Virus record (IMG/VR): IMGVR_UViG_3300032770_000014
Span: 29,617 to 93,616 of that record
Strand: one strand, 5' to 3'
DNA length: 64,000 nt
DNA from: a virus
Shown here: positions 56,642 to 64,000 of the stretch, piece by piece
How positions within the stretch are numbered: position 1 is the first letter of the stretch
Layout: each line of letters opens with the position of its first letter
The notes under the pieces: model-generated
Databases searched by the model: none
Seen by the model: only the letters and a program-made list of their open reading frames with translations
Told to the model about the DNA's origin: nothing
Program-made: the position numbers and the translations under genes

Positions 56642-57922
56642 ATGCCTATCTGGTACGACTCTTCTAGCTATGCTGTGTTTCATGGGGACGCGCTGACAGA
56701 ATTGCGCGGATTCAGAGAGAGGACGTTTAATTGCTGCGTGACGAGTCCGCCATACTGGGGACTGCGGGATTACGGGACGGCAGAGTGGGAGGGCGGCAGT
56801 GTGGGGTGCGACCACAGGGCAAATGGCGAGCGCCGGCAGATACCCCACGGCGACGGGAGGCCGATTGAAACAGATGGCTATGCTCAGAATCGAACGCTGA
56901 TTGCTGGAGTGGGAGCGAACTTCAAAGAACGCTGCGGCAAGTGCGGCGCTACTCGTATCGACTGGCAGTTAGGACTGGAGAAAACGCCAGAGGAATATGT
57001 CGCCAAGATGGTTGAAGTGTTCCGCGAGGTCCGGCGAGTCCTGCGTGGGGATGGAACGCTGTGGCTCAATATGGGGGATTCTTATTGTTCGCAGCCAAAT
57101 CAGCGCGTGCAGAAGCCCAAGGGAAGAAACGACGTTGCTGGATACAAACAAGCAACAAATCATGGATCGCTCACGCAAGGGAGCAATTACGTTCCCGGTC
57201 TAAAAGCGAAGGACTTGATTGGCGTGCCCTGGCTCCTCGCCTTCGCCCTACGCGCCGATGGCTGGTATCTGCGGCAAGACATCATCTGGTCGAAACCAAA
57301 CCCGATGCCCGAGAGCGTGCGCGACCGCTGCACCAAGGCGCATGAGTACCTATTCCTACTCACCAAGAGCGCGCGGTATTACTACGACGCAGAGGCTATC
57401 AAGGAACCAGCGACTGCCGACCATCCCGCAGGGGGGAACAATAATCACAAAGGCACAACCGCTTACCTTGCGGGCGATGAGCGCCAAAGGACAAAGGCTG
57501 GATTGGTAGACTATGCGCAGCGAAGTAGGAATAATCGAGATAACTTCAGACGCGTGGGATCGAAGCGCGCAGCAGTAATTCCCAATCAAACAGTCGGAAC
57601 GCATCGACCCGACCGAGAAGATTCAGCCTATGATTTGGCAACTCGCAACAAGCGCGATGTATGGACCATTCCTACCTCTCCCTTTCTCGAAGCCCACTTC
57701 GCCACCTTTCCACCCAAACTGATCGAGCCTTGCATCCTCGCTGGTTGTCCTCCCTCTGGCCTTGTCCTCGACCCCTTCGCCGGTTCCGGTACCACCCTCG
57801 CTGTTGCTAAGTCTCTCTCGCGTCGCGCCGTCGGGATCGAACTCCAAGCCGACTACCTACCCATGATCCAGCGTCGAATCGAAGCGGCAAAGGAGGCGAC
57901 AACGGTGGTATCATCCTCCTAG
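56642..57922 (+). CDS. Beta-class N4-cytosine/N6-adenine DNA methyltransferase
   Basis: VTSPPYW before VLDPFAGSGTT; IIWSKPNPMPES; HFATFP. Confidence 0.92.
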   Translation: MPIWYDSSSYAVFHGDALTELRGFRERTFNCCVTSPPYWGLRDYGTAEWEGGSVGCDHRANGERRQIPHGDGRPIETDGYAQNRTLIAGVGANFKERCGKCGATRIDWQLGLEKTPEEYVAKMVEVFREVRRVLRGDGTLWLNMGDSYCSQPNQRVQKPKGRNDVAGYKQATNHGSLTQGSNYVPGLKAKDLIGVPWLLAFALRADGWYLRQDIIWSKPNPMPESVRDRCTKAHEYLFLLTKSARYYYDAEAIKEPATADHPAGGNNNHKGTTAYLAGDERQRTKAGLVDYAQRSRNNRDNFRRVGSKRAAVIPNQTVGTHRPDREDSAYDLATRNKRDVWTIPTSPFLEAHFATFPPKLIEPCILAGCPPSGLVLDPFAGSGTTLAVAKSLSRRAVGIELQADYLPMIQRRIEAAKEATTVVSSS

Positions 57923-57940
57923 CCCAAGGAGTACGTTCTC

Positions 57941-58735
57941 ATGTCTTCTCAATCAGGCTTCACCGGCATCTGGTGTCCCGCCTGTGATCGCGCGCAGACC
58001 CCGACTCGCCTCATTCGGCAGATGGCCGCCAAGCAGGAAGGGATGTTGCTGAAATGCCCGACCTGCTCCCGTACCTTCTCTTATGCCGCGCTCATGGCCA
58101 GTAATCCCAAGCCCCGGATGGACAAGGTGGAGTTCGTCGAGAAGCAGCCTCCCGGCACTCAGATCCTCCCGCTCTGGATCTACCCCGAAGTCATTGCGGC
58201 CCTTCAGCAGAAATTCCCCTCGAACCTGATGACCACCCTCTGCTCGGCTATAACCGCGCTGGCTGACCCTGACGCCGTGCTGATCGAGGGGGACTACGCC
58301 AGAGAGATGGCCTCCATCGGTGTCAAGCGCGGCCGGGAAGTTCTCGCCCTCGCCAAGGAGGTCAAGGAACTGCGCGAGGCTGTTGCCGCCGCCCGCTTGC
58401 GCGAACAGACCCTCCAGCAATTCTTCGGGTCGATAGGAATGGCGATGCCGCAGCCGCTGGCCCAGCAGCCAGCCCAGCAGCCAGCCAGTCAGTCAGTCAG
58501 TCAGCCAGCCAGTCCCTCCGCCGACCCTACCGCGCTCCCGGTGGACGAGCAAGGCAACCCCCTCGTCCCTCCCCATGCTCAGTTCTCCTCCCTGCGTGAG
58601 GACGGATCGGGAATGCTGGTTCCCTCGGACGGATCGGACCCGATGGCCTCGCCTGCCAGCCAGTTCTCCTTCCCCACCGGCGCGGTGCCGGCAGCCGACG
58701 CGCGACCAGGGTTCATCACAAGGAATCTGCGCTGA
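57941..58735 (+). CDS. Hypothetical Zn-ribbon protein
   Basis: AAGGAG RBS; CPAC...CPTC. Confidence 0.6.
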   Translation: MSSQSGFTGIWCPACDRAQTPTRLIRQMAAKQEGMLLKCPTCSRTFSYAALMASNPKPRMDKVEFVEKQPPGTQILPLWIYPEVIAALQQKFPSNLMTTLCSAITALADPDAVLIEGDYAREMASIGVKRGREVLALAKEVKELREAVAAARLREQTLQQFFGSIGMAMPQPLAQQPAQQPASQSVSQPASPSADPTALPVDEQGNPLVPPHAQFSSLREDGSGMLVPSDGSDPMASPASQFSFPTGAVPAADARPGFITRNLR

Positions 58736-58739
58736 GAAG

Positions 58740-58768
58740 TTGAAACTTTACATGGAATCATGTATGAT
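58740..58768 (+). promoter_or_regulatory. Leaderless MTase promoter with perfect operator
   Basis: TTGAAA-17 nt-TATGAT, ATG 6 nt later; TACATGGAATCATGTA at 58749-58764. Confidence 0.65.
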
Positions 58769-58774
58769 CCGTCT

Positions 58775-60256
58775 ATGTCTGTGTCCTCCTATCCCAGCCT
58801 GACTTATCTTTCTGTCTGTTCAGGCATCGAGGCGGCGACCGTTGCGTGGCACTCGCTCGGCTGGACCCCTCTTGGATTCGCCGAGATCGACAAGTTTCCT
58901 TCCGCAGTCCTTGCCTACCACTACCCGGAGATTCCCAACTATGGCGACTTCACGCAAATCACGCTCGACCAACTCCCCTCCCGCCCTGACATCCTTGTTG
59001 GAGGAACTCCGTGCCAGGATTTCTCCGTCGCTGGACTCCGCGCAGGGATGGGAGGAGTTCGTGGTCAACTCACAATTGAGTTCGTTCGACTTGCTGAACG
59101 TCTGCGGACCCGATGGCTGGTATGGGAGAACGTGCCCGGCGTCTTGTCGGCTGACGGAGGACGAGCGTTTGGAACCTTCCTTGGGGCGCTGGGGAAGATC
59201 GGGTATGGGTTCGCCTACCGAGTTCTTGACGCTCAATACTTTGGAGTTCCCCAGCGGCGCCGCCGCGTCTTCCTTGTCGGACATCTTGGAGACTGGCGAC
59301 GTGCCGCAGCGGTACTTTTTGAGCGCCAAAGCCTGTCAGGGGATTCTCCGCCGCGCCGAGAAGCGAGGCAAGGCGCTCCCAGGGGCGTTGAAATATGCGT
59401 TGGATTTAGTGGCGAATCCGACGGAAGCACCGTACGAAATGCTGAAGACGTTGCACGACCCCTCACTAACAGGCACGGCGATCCAGGATTTGTCGCCTTC
59501 TCTGAGTCCGCCCAAAGAGGATGTTTCTGGGATGGAGGACAAGTAACTCAGACCCTCGACGCCGTATTGCAGAAGGGCCAGACCATGCCTGAGAAGAACA
59601 GGTTCCCTGCGGTCCTCGTCCCGCAGGGAACCTTGAGTACGAACGGCGCGGATGTCGCTCACTCCCCCAGCGTCGACGGATTCGACGCCTTGGAGGATGG
59701 AACGGGGCGGGGGACGCCGCTGATACCGATAGCCTTCTCCTGCAAGGACTCCGGTCTCGACTCAGGTGACCAGGCTCCAACTCTCCGCAGCATGAACTTC
59801 GATCAGAGCCACGCCAATGCAGGAGGACAGGTTGCTGTTGCCTTCAACCTCCGAGGCCGCGACGGCGGATCGCAGCCGGAACTCGATCCTGACGGCAAGG
59901 CAAGCCTCCGCTCGCCGAGCGGAGGCAGCAGCAGGAGTTACGTGGCGACGGCTTTTACTGAGCGCACACGAGAAGGCGGACGCAATTTGGAATACCAAAA
60001 TGATCTGTCGTACTCGTTGAACAATCCCGGTGCGGGAGGACGTGCTCAGGAACGCAATATCATGACCCCCGCGATGGCCGTCAGGAGGCTATTGCCCGAA
60101 GAGTGTGAACTTTTACAGGGATTTTCTCGTGGATACACCAAGATCAGCGACAAAACCGCCGACGGCCCTCGCTACAAGGCTCTCGGCAACTCGATGGCCG
60201 TTCCTTGCATGGCCTGGATTGGACGGCGGATTCAACTTATAGATCGTTTGTCCTAG
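58775..60256 (+). CDS. C5-cytosine DNA methyltransferase (alpha chain)
   Basis: SVCSGI, GGTPCQDFS, WENV, QRRRRVF, RYKALGNS. Confidence 0.93.
   Translation: MSVSSYPSLTYLSVCSGIEAATVAWHSLGWTPLGFAEIDKFPSAVLAYHYPEIPNYGDFTQITLDQLPSRPDILVGGTPCQDFSVAGLRAGMGGVRGQLTIEFVRLAERLRTRWLVWENVPGVLSADGGRAFGTFLGALGKIGYGFAYRVLDAQYFGVPQRRRRVFLVGHLGDWRRAAAVLFERQSLSGDSPPRREARQGAPRGVEICVGFSGESDGSTVRNAEDVARPLTNRHGDPGFVAFSESAQRGCFWDGGQVTQTLDAVLQKGQTMPEKNRFPAVLVPQGTLSTNGADVAHSPSVDGFDALEDGTGRGTPLIPIAFSCKDSGLDSGDQAPTLRSMNFDQSHANAGGQVAVAFNLRGRDGGSQPELDPDGKASLRSPSGGSSRSYVATAFTERTREGGRNLEYQNDLSYSLNNPGAGGRAQERNIMTPAMAVRRLLPEECELLQGFSRGYTKISDKTADGPRYKALGNSMAVPCMAWIGRRIQLIDRLS
58941..59546 (+). CDS. Nested +1-frame ORF, M.EcoHK31I-type beta polypeptide
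   Basis: SSLSDILE...YFLSAKACQGILRRAEKRGK.LP..L..AL; GGAG upstream of the ATG; start uncertain. Confidence 0.65.
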   Translation: MATSRKSRSTNSPPALTSLLEELRARISPSLDSAQGWEEFVVNSQLSSFDLLNVCGPDGWYGRTCPASCRLTEDERLEPSLGRWGRSGMGSPTEFLTLNTLEFPSGAAASSLSDILETGDVPQRYFLSAKACQGILRRAEKRGKALPGALKYALDLVANPTEAPYEMLKTLHDPSLTGTAIQDLSPSLSPPKEDVSGMEDK

Positions 60257-60292
60257 CCTTACCGTTCGCCCTGCTCTATACTGACCCGCGAG

Positions 60293-62230
60293 ATGGCCAC
60301 CCAGTCCGTTCAGTTCGCTTCCTCCACCCGGCCACCTGCGACCCGCGTCGTCCCCTCCTACGCCAACCGCCCCGACCTTCCACTCCCTTGGCAGCGCCTC
60401 GAAGGTGATGTCGTGGCCTGGGCCGACAAGGCTCTCCTCCAGGCGCGCGAGAAGGCCTCTACCTCTCCCATAACCACTCTGATCCCGCGCATTATCCAAT
60501 ACCTCTCTGGCTCGCAGTGGCCGGCGCGCCCGACCGCTTATGGCAACTCGCGGCCCGTGACCAACCGGATGTTCCGTCAGTACTGGGAGCTGGTCTCTCT
60601 CCTGACGGACGGCAAGCCCGAGCCCCAGATCAAAGTCTGGGACACCGAGGACGGCTATTCAGAAACCCAGAAGCTCCTTCAGCTCCTCCTCGAACCGTGG
60701 GCCGCGAATCCCCTCTATCACGACGCCTTTCAGGACATTGTTGGGTTCGGCTTGCTCGCTTACGCCGTCGGCAAAGTCCAGTGGAACCGGCATCTCGCCG
60801 GTGGCCTCGGCGACACGGAACTCTGCGGGGTCAACCCGCTGCGATTTTACAAACTGGGCGTCGAGGGCATCTCCACTCCCATCCCCGAGTGCGAGTGCCT
60901 AATCGAATGCCGTCCTGTCACGATCGAGTCTCTTGTCCGGCGCTACGGCGAGGTGGCCCGGCTGATCAAGCCCGACGCCGACCTGTCCTCCTCCGGCCTC
61001 AAGCCGATGCGACCCAGCGGTGTCTCCTCCGAGCAGTGGGGAAAGTACTCTCCGCAAATGCAATCAGTCATCTCGCAGGTCGCTGGATCGCGCGGCATGT
61101 CCTCGACCACCGACCAGATCTACCCCACCGTTGAGGAACAGATTTTCTGGCTGCGCGACCCGGCGATCAACGAAGGGAAATCCACAATCCGTGTTGGTGC
61201 CCAAGTCCGCAGCAGGTCCGGCGAGATTGGCTATGCCAACTGGTCCTACCTCGTCGAGCCGGGCATGCCCCTGTTCCCGCGCGGCCGCGTCTTCTCTAAG
61301 GCTGGCGGCCGGATCATGGAGGACACCTGCAATCCCTACTTCCACAATCTCGGACCCGGCCCTTATGTCGAGTTCCTTCCTCTTCGCACCCCCTGGCAGA
61401 CACCACAGTCGATGTCAGTGATTGGCAACCTGATCGGCTCGCAGGACATTCTGAACCGGCTCATGGCGGGGATGCTAGAAACCATCAAAGCCGGTCTGAT
61501 CCCGACCATCATGACGCCGACCGACGCGATCTCGCGCGGCGACCTCGACAACCTTTCTACCACTATCTCCGGCGGCAAGATTGAGTTCGACCCGCGCCGC
61601 ACGATGGGCCAGAAGCCGGAGTTCCGCTCGCAGCCGAGTTTCCCCTCCGCCGCGCAATGGTACACCCAGACCCTGATGCGCGAGATGGACCAGACAACGG
61701 GATCGGCGGCTGTGGATGCCGCCGCACAGAAAGAGCAAATCCCCTCGCACGACACGATGGAGATGATTCAGAACTCGCGGTCGTCGATGGTACGACTGCT
61801 TGGTCGCCGCCTCGAAAACTTTATGAACCGCTCTGGTCAGATGGTGGTCAGCAACATGCTCCAGTTCTACTCGCTCGGCCATCGCCGTGCAATTCTCGGC
61901 GACAAGGGCGAAAGCCAGTGGGACTTCTCTCCCATGTACGGATCGCTGATGCAGCGCGGAATGGCTCCAGAGAAGTTCGTGCGCAAGTTCCAGTTCTCGA
62001 TCCGGCCCGGCAGCGCCCTCTCGTTCGACAAGGAAACCCGCCTGCAGGCGTCGATCATTCTCAACCGGCAGGGGATCATCTCGACCAAAAATGTCCTGCG
62101 CGCGCTCAACCAAGCCGGGGCCAATATCAATATCGAAGAAAACATGAAAGACCTGCAGCAGGAGGCCTTGCAGAAGATGGCGATGGCCGCGCTGATGGCG
62201 GGAGGGAAGAAAACGGGAGGGAGGAAGTAG
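60293..62230 (+). CDS. Portal protein
   Basis: 645 aa, downstream of TerL; helical profile with VTNRM, G.GKV.W, QDILNRL and a C-terminal helix. Assignment is by position and style. Confidence 0.75.
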   Translation: MATQSVQFASSTRPPATRVVPSYANRPDLPLPWQRLEGDVVAWADKALLQAREKASTSPITTLIPRIIQYLSGSQWPARPTAYGNSRPVTNRMFRQYWELVSLLTDGKPEPQIKVWDTEDGYSETQKLLQLLLEPWAANPLYHDAFQDIVGFGLLAYAVGKVQWNRHLAGGLGDTELCGVNPLRFYKLGVEGISTPIPECECLIECRPVTIESLVRRYGEVARLIKPDADLSSSGLKPMRPSGVSSEQWGKYSPQMQSVISQVAGSRGMSSTTDQIYPTVEEQIFWLRDPAINEGKSTIRVGAQVRSRSGEIGYANWSYLVEPGMPLFPRGRVFSKAGGRIMEDTCNPYFHNLGPGPYVEFLPLRTPWQTPQSMSVIGNLIGSQDILNRLMAGMLETIKAGLIPTIMTPTDAISRGDLDNLSTTISGGKIEFDPRRTMGQKPEFRSQPSFPSAAQWYTQTLMREMDQTTGSAAVDAAAQKEQIPSHDTMEMIQNSRSSMVRLLGRRLENFMNRSGQMVVSNMLQFYSLGHRRAILGDKGESQWDFSPMYGSLMQRGMAPEKFVRKFQFSIRPGSALSFDKETRLQASIILNRQGIISTKNVLRALNQAGANINIEENMKDLQQEALQKMAMAALMAGGKKTGGRK

Positions 62231-62232
62231 CA

Positions 62233-62445
62233 ATGCCAGTCGAGCGATTCCGCAGCAAGGAGGCCTATCGTCGTAACCTCGCGTATCGCCACGTCCACCA
62301 CATCCCCATGACTGCTGAGCGCGTCATAGTCGGAGGCCGTTCGCACAGGGTTAAGCATTCCCGTGACCCCAAGCGCCGCCAGATCAACGCGCGCCAGCGG
62401 AGGAAAGTAGCCAGCCGCTCGCATCGCAGGGAGGCTCGCCGATGA
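62233..62445 (+). CDS. Arg/His-rich small protein (70 aa)
   Basis: GGGAGG RBS; about one third Arg+Lys. Confidence 0.65.
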   Translation: MPVERFRSKEAYRRNLAYRHVHHIPMTAERVIVGGRSHRVKHSRDPKRRQINARQRRKVASRSHRREARR

Positions 62446-62609
62446 CCTCCACCCTTCGCCATCTCCCTGCTCGCCGCAAGTTCTCCCGTGGTCGCCAGCG
62501 CCGCCCAGTTCGCTCCATTCTCGGCGGACGCGGCCCTCTCTCCTTCCGCCGCGCCGCGCGGCAATCCCAGCGTATGCACTCGCGCCGAACCGGATTTCGC
62601 GGACTCTGA
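62442..62609 (+). CDS. Arg-rich small protein (55 aa)
   Basis: GGGAGG RBS, ATGA coupling; 16 Arg and no acidic residue. Confidence 0.6.
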   Translation: MTSTLRHLPARRKFSRGRQRRPVRSILGGRGPLSFRRAARQSQRMHSRRTGFRGL

Positions 62610-62788
62610 AAACTAGACATACCAGCAATTATGTGATTGACTTTCTGCGATGGGTAGAGCGTAGGCCGCAATCCTTCTCTTTGCCTGTCCGATGGTGGAG
62701 GCCACCGATACCAAAACCCCGTCGCGGCTAGAAGATTCATTTCATCGAGTCCCTCACCGCGAATTCCTACGAAAGGAGGACTCGGAAC

Positions 62789-62851
62789 ATGGCGCATCGT
62801 CGTCGGCATCGCAGTTCCGTGAAGCGCGAGGCAAAGCGCAAGAAACGCTAA
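62789..62851 (+). CDS. Protamine-like peptide MAHRRRHRSSVKREAKRKKR
   Basis: AAAGGAGG RBS; 11 of 20 residues are Arg/Lys. Confidence 0.6.
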   Translation: MAHRRRHRSSVKREAKRKKR

Positions 62852-62979
62852 GTCTCCCGTTTTAAGCCCCGATGAGGGGTCAACGGTTCCGAGTCAGCGC
62901 GGCAGCAAGACAGTCACCTGCCCTCTGTCGCGCTCGGAACTTTCATCACTACGATCTCATCACCAAAGGAGCACATCTC

Positions 62980-63201
62980 ATGCCCACAACCGACAAGTCC
63001 CCCGTCGAGAAGACTGGCCCGCGCGACGAGAAAGATCTCGAAGTCAGCTACGGCAGACCGGTCCCGCAGCCCAAGCAGAAGAAGGGCGATTACGTCGCTT
63101 TCGGTGAACTGGCTGGCTCGACCGACACGGCGACTTCCGTCGAAGGCGTTCGCTCGACCACGTTCGGCGACTCCGTAACCGACGCAGCGAAGAACATCTA
63201 A
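62980..63201 (+). CDS. Hypothetical protein
   Basis: AAAGGAG RBS. Confidence 0.55.
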   Translation: MPTTDKSPVEKTGPRDEKDLEVSYGRPVPQPKQKKGDYVAFGELAGSTDTATSVEGVRSTTFGDSVTDAAKNI

Positions 63202-63253
63202 CCGGCGGTCAGGTAGCCAGTAAGCCAGCGAACCAGAAAGGAACCAGATCGCC

Positions 63254-63679
63254 GTGGCCACTTCTCCCTTGCCGTCGTCTCCAGCCGCCTCCAGCCAGAC
63301 GCCTGCGACAGCCCCTCCCAATTTCTATGCCCAGGCCGCCACGGCCCAGCCAGCTCCCGCCCCCGGCCAAGCCGCTGGCGCCGAGGACGCGGCCAAGTTC
63401 CGCCGCGCCGTCGAGAAACTGCTGGACATCTTCGACAAGATGGAGAAGTTGAAACCCAACGGCATCGACATCTCGAAGAAGCTCAAGCCGGTGGCGCAGT
63501 CCCTCAAGGATTTGAAGAATGAAGTCTTCGAGGGCGAGGAAGGTGAGGAAGGCGCGGACACGGATTCTGGCCCAGTAGCCAGCGCGGGAGGAGGGACCGG
63601 TGCCGGAGCTGGCGCAGGGGCCGGTGCTGCCTCTCCTCCACCTGCCATGCCCGGCGGAGCACCCGGTACGGGCGCTTGA
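63254..63679 (+). CDS. Hypothetical head-module protein
   Basis: RBS with GTG start; helical core with Pro/Ala/Gly tails. Confidence 0.55.
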   Translation: MATSPLPSSPAASSQTPATAPPNFYAQAATAQPAPAPGQAAGAEDAAKFRRAVEKLLDIFDKMEKLKPNGIDISKKLKPVAQSLKDLKNEVFEGEEGEEGADTDSGPVASAGGGTGAGAGAGAGAASPPPAMPGGAPGTGA

Positions 63680-63720
63680 GTTTGATCGCAACTCTAACCT
63701 AACCCCAAGGAGAAAACATC

Positions 63721-64000
63721 ATGCCAGACCTCGACAATTCCCTGGACGACCTGCTCAACACCTTTGCTGAAGCCGATCGCCCTGCCGCGCGCGACCTTAT
63801 CACTCGCAATGCTGCGGCGCAATCCCATCTGACCTCGCGTGAGACTGTCTATCGCGCGTTTGTGGACAATGACCCGGTGAAGCTGCAACAGGCTGCGGCT
63901 GGGGCGGCAGGTAGCCAGAATCCTCCGGTCGTAGCAGCCCAGCCCAATCCTGCCAATCCCGCTAATCCCCCCGCCTCTCCTCTCAGCGTCTCCCTCGATC
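63721..64000 (+). CDS. Hypothetical protein, possible scaffold (3'-truncated)
   Basis: AAGGAG RBS; MPDLDNSLDDLL..., open to the window end. Confidence 0.5.
   Translation, partial: MPDLDNSLDDLLNTFAEADRPAARDLITRNAAAQSHLTSRETVYRAFVDNDPVKLQQAAAGAAGSQNPPVVAAQPNPANPANPPASPLSVSLD

Overview
The whole window reads as part of a tailed dsDNA phage genome with no host housekeeping block and no integrase seen. The host is probably a diderm soil bacterium; an Acidobacteriota-like host is suggested only by the style of the exported proteins. Layout: (1) 1-10.2 kb (+): end of a tail-fibre/adhesin and lysis region, unusually rich in Sec-signal proteins, with two beta-barrel-like proteins, a holin-like protein, a cysteine peptidase, a LAGLIDADG endonuclease and a P5-like lysozyme. 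(2) 10.3-27.4 kb (-): replication/recombination arm with a UDG-PolA fusion carrying non-canonical polymerase motifs, a Pif1/RecD-like helicase, an SSB-like protein, a Sak4-like ATPase, a Cas4-like exonuclease, a NUMOD4-HNH endonuclease, and a highly structured 220-nt intergenic element. (3) 27.8-30.2 kb (+): degenerate RepA-like AAA protein followed by an iteron-like repeat array. (4) 30.2-35.7 kb (-): small early-type genes and a serine resolvase. (5) 36.3-64 kb (+): small genes, groES-groEL, a six-gene glycan-modification cluster, three DNA methyltransferases (one with a nested alternative-frame beta subunit), putative TerS, intein-containing TerL, portal and three tiny Arg-rich ORFs. The most novel-looking signals are the exported Gln+1 late-region proteins, the structured intergenic element, a 16-bp palindromic operator on leaderless promoters, the altered PolA active site, and homing endonucleases that swapped 3' ends with their target genes. 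All product calls come from motif recognition by eye; no database searches were run.
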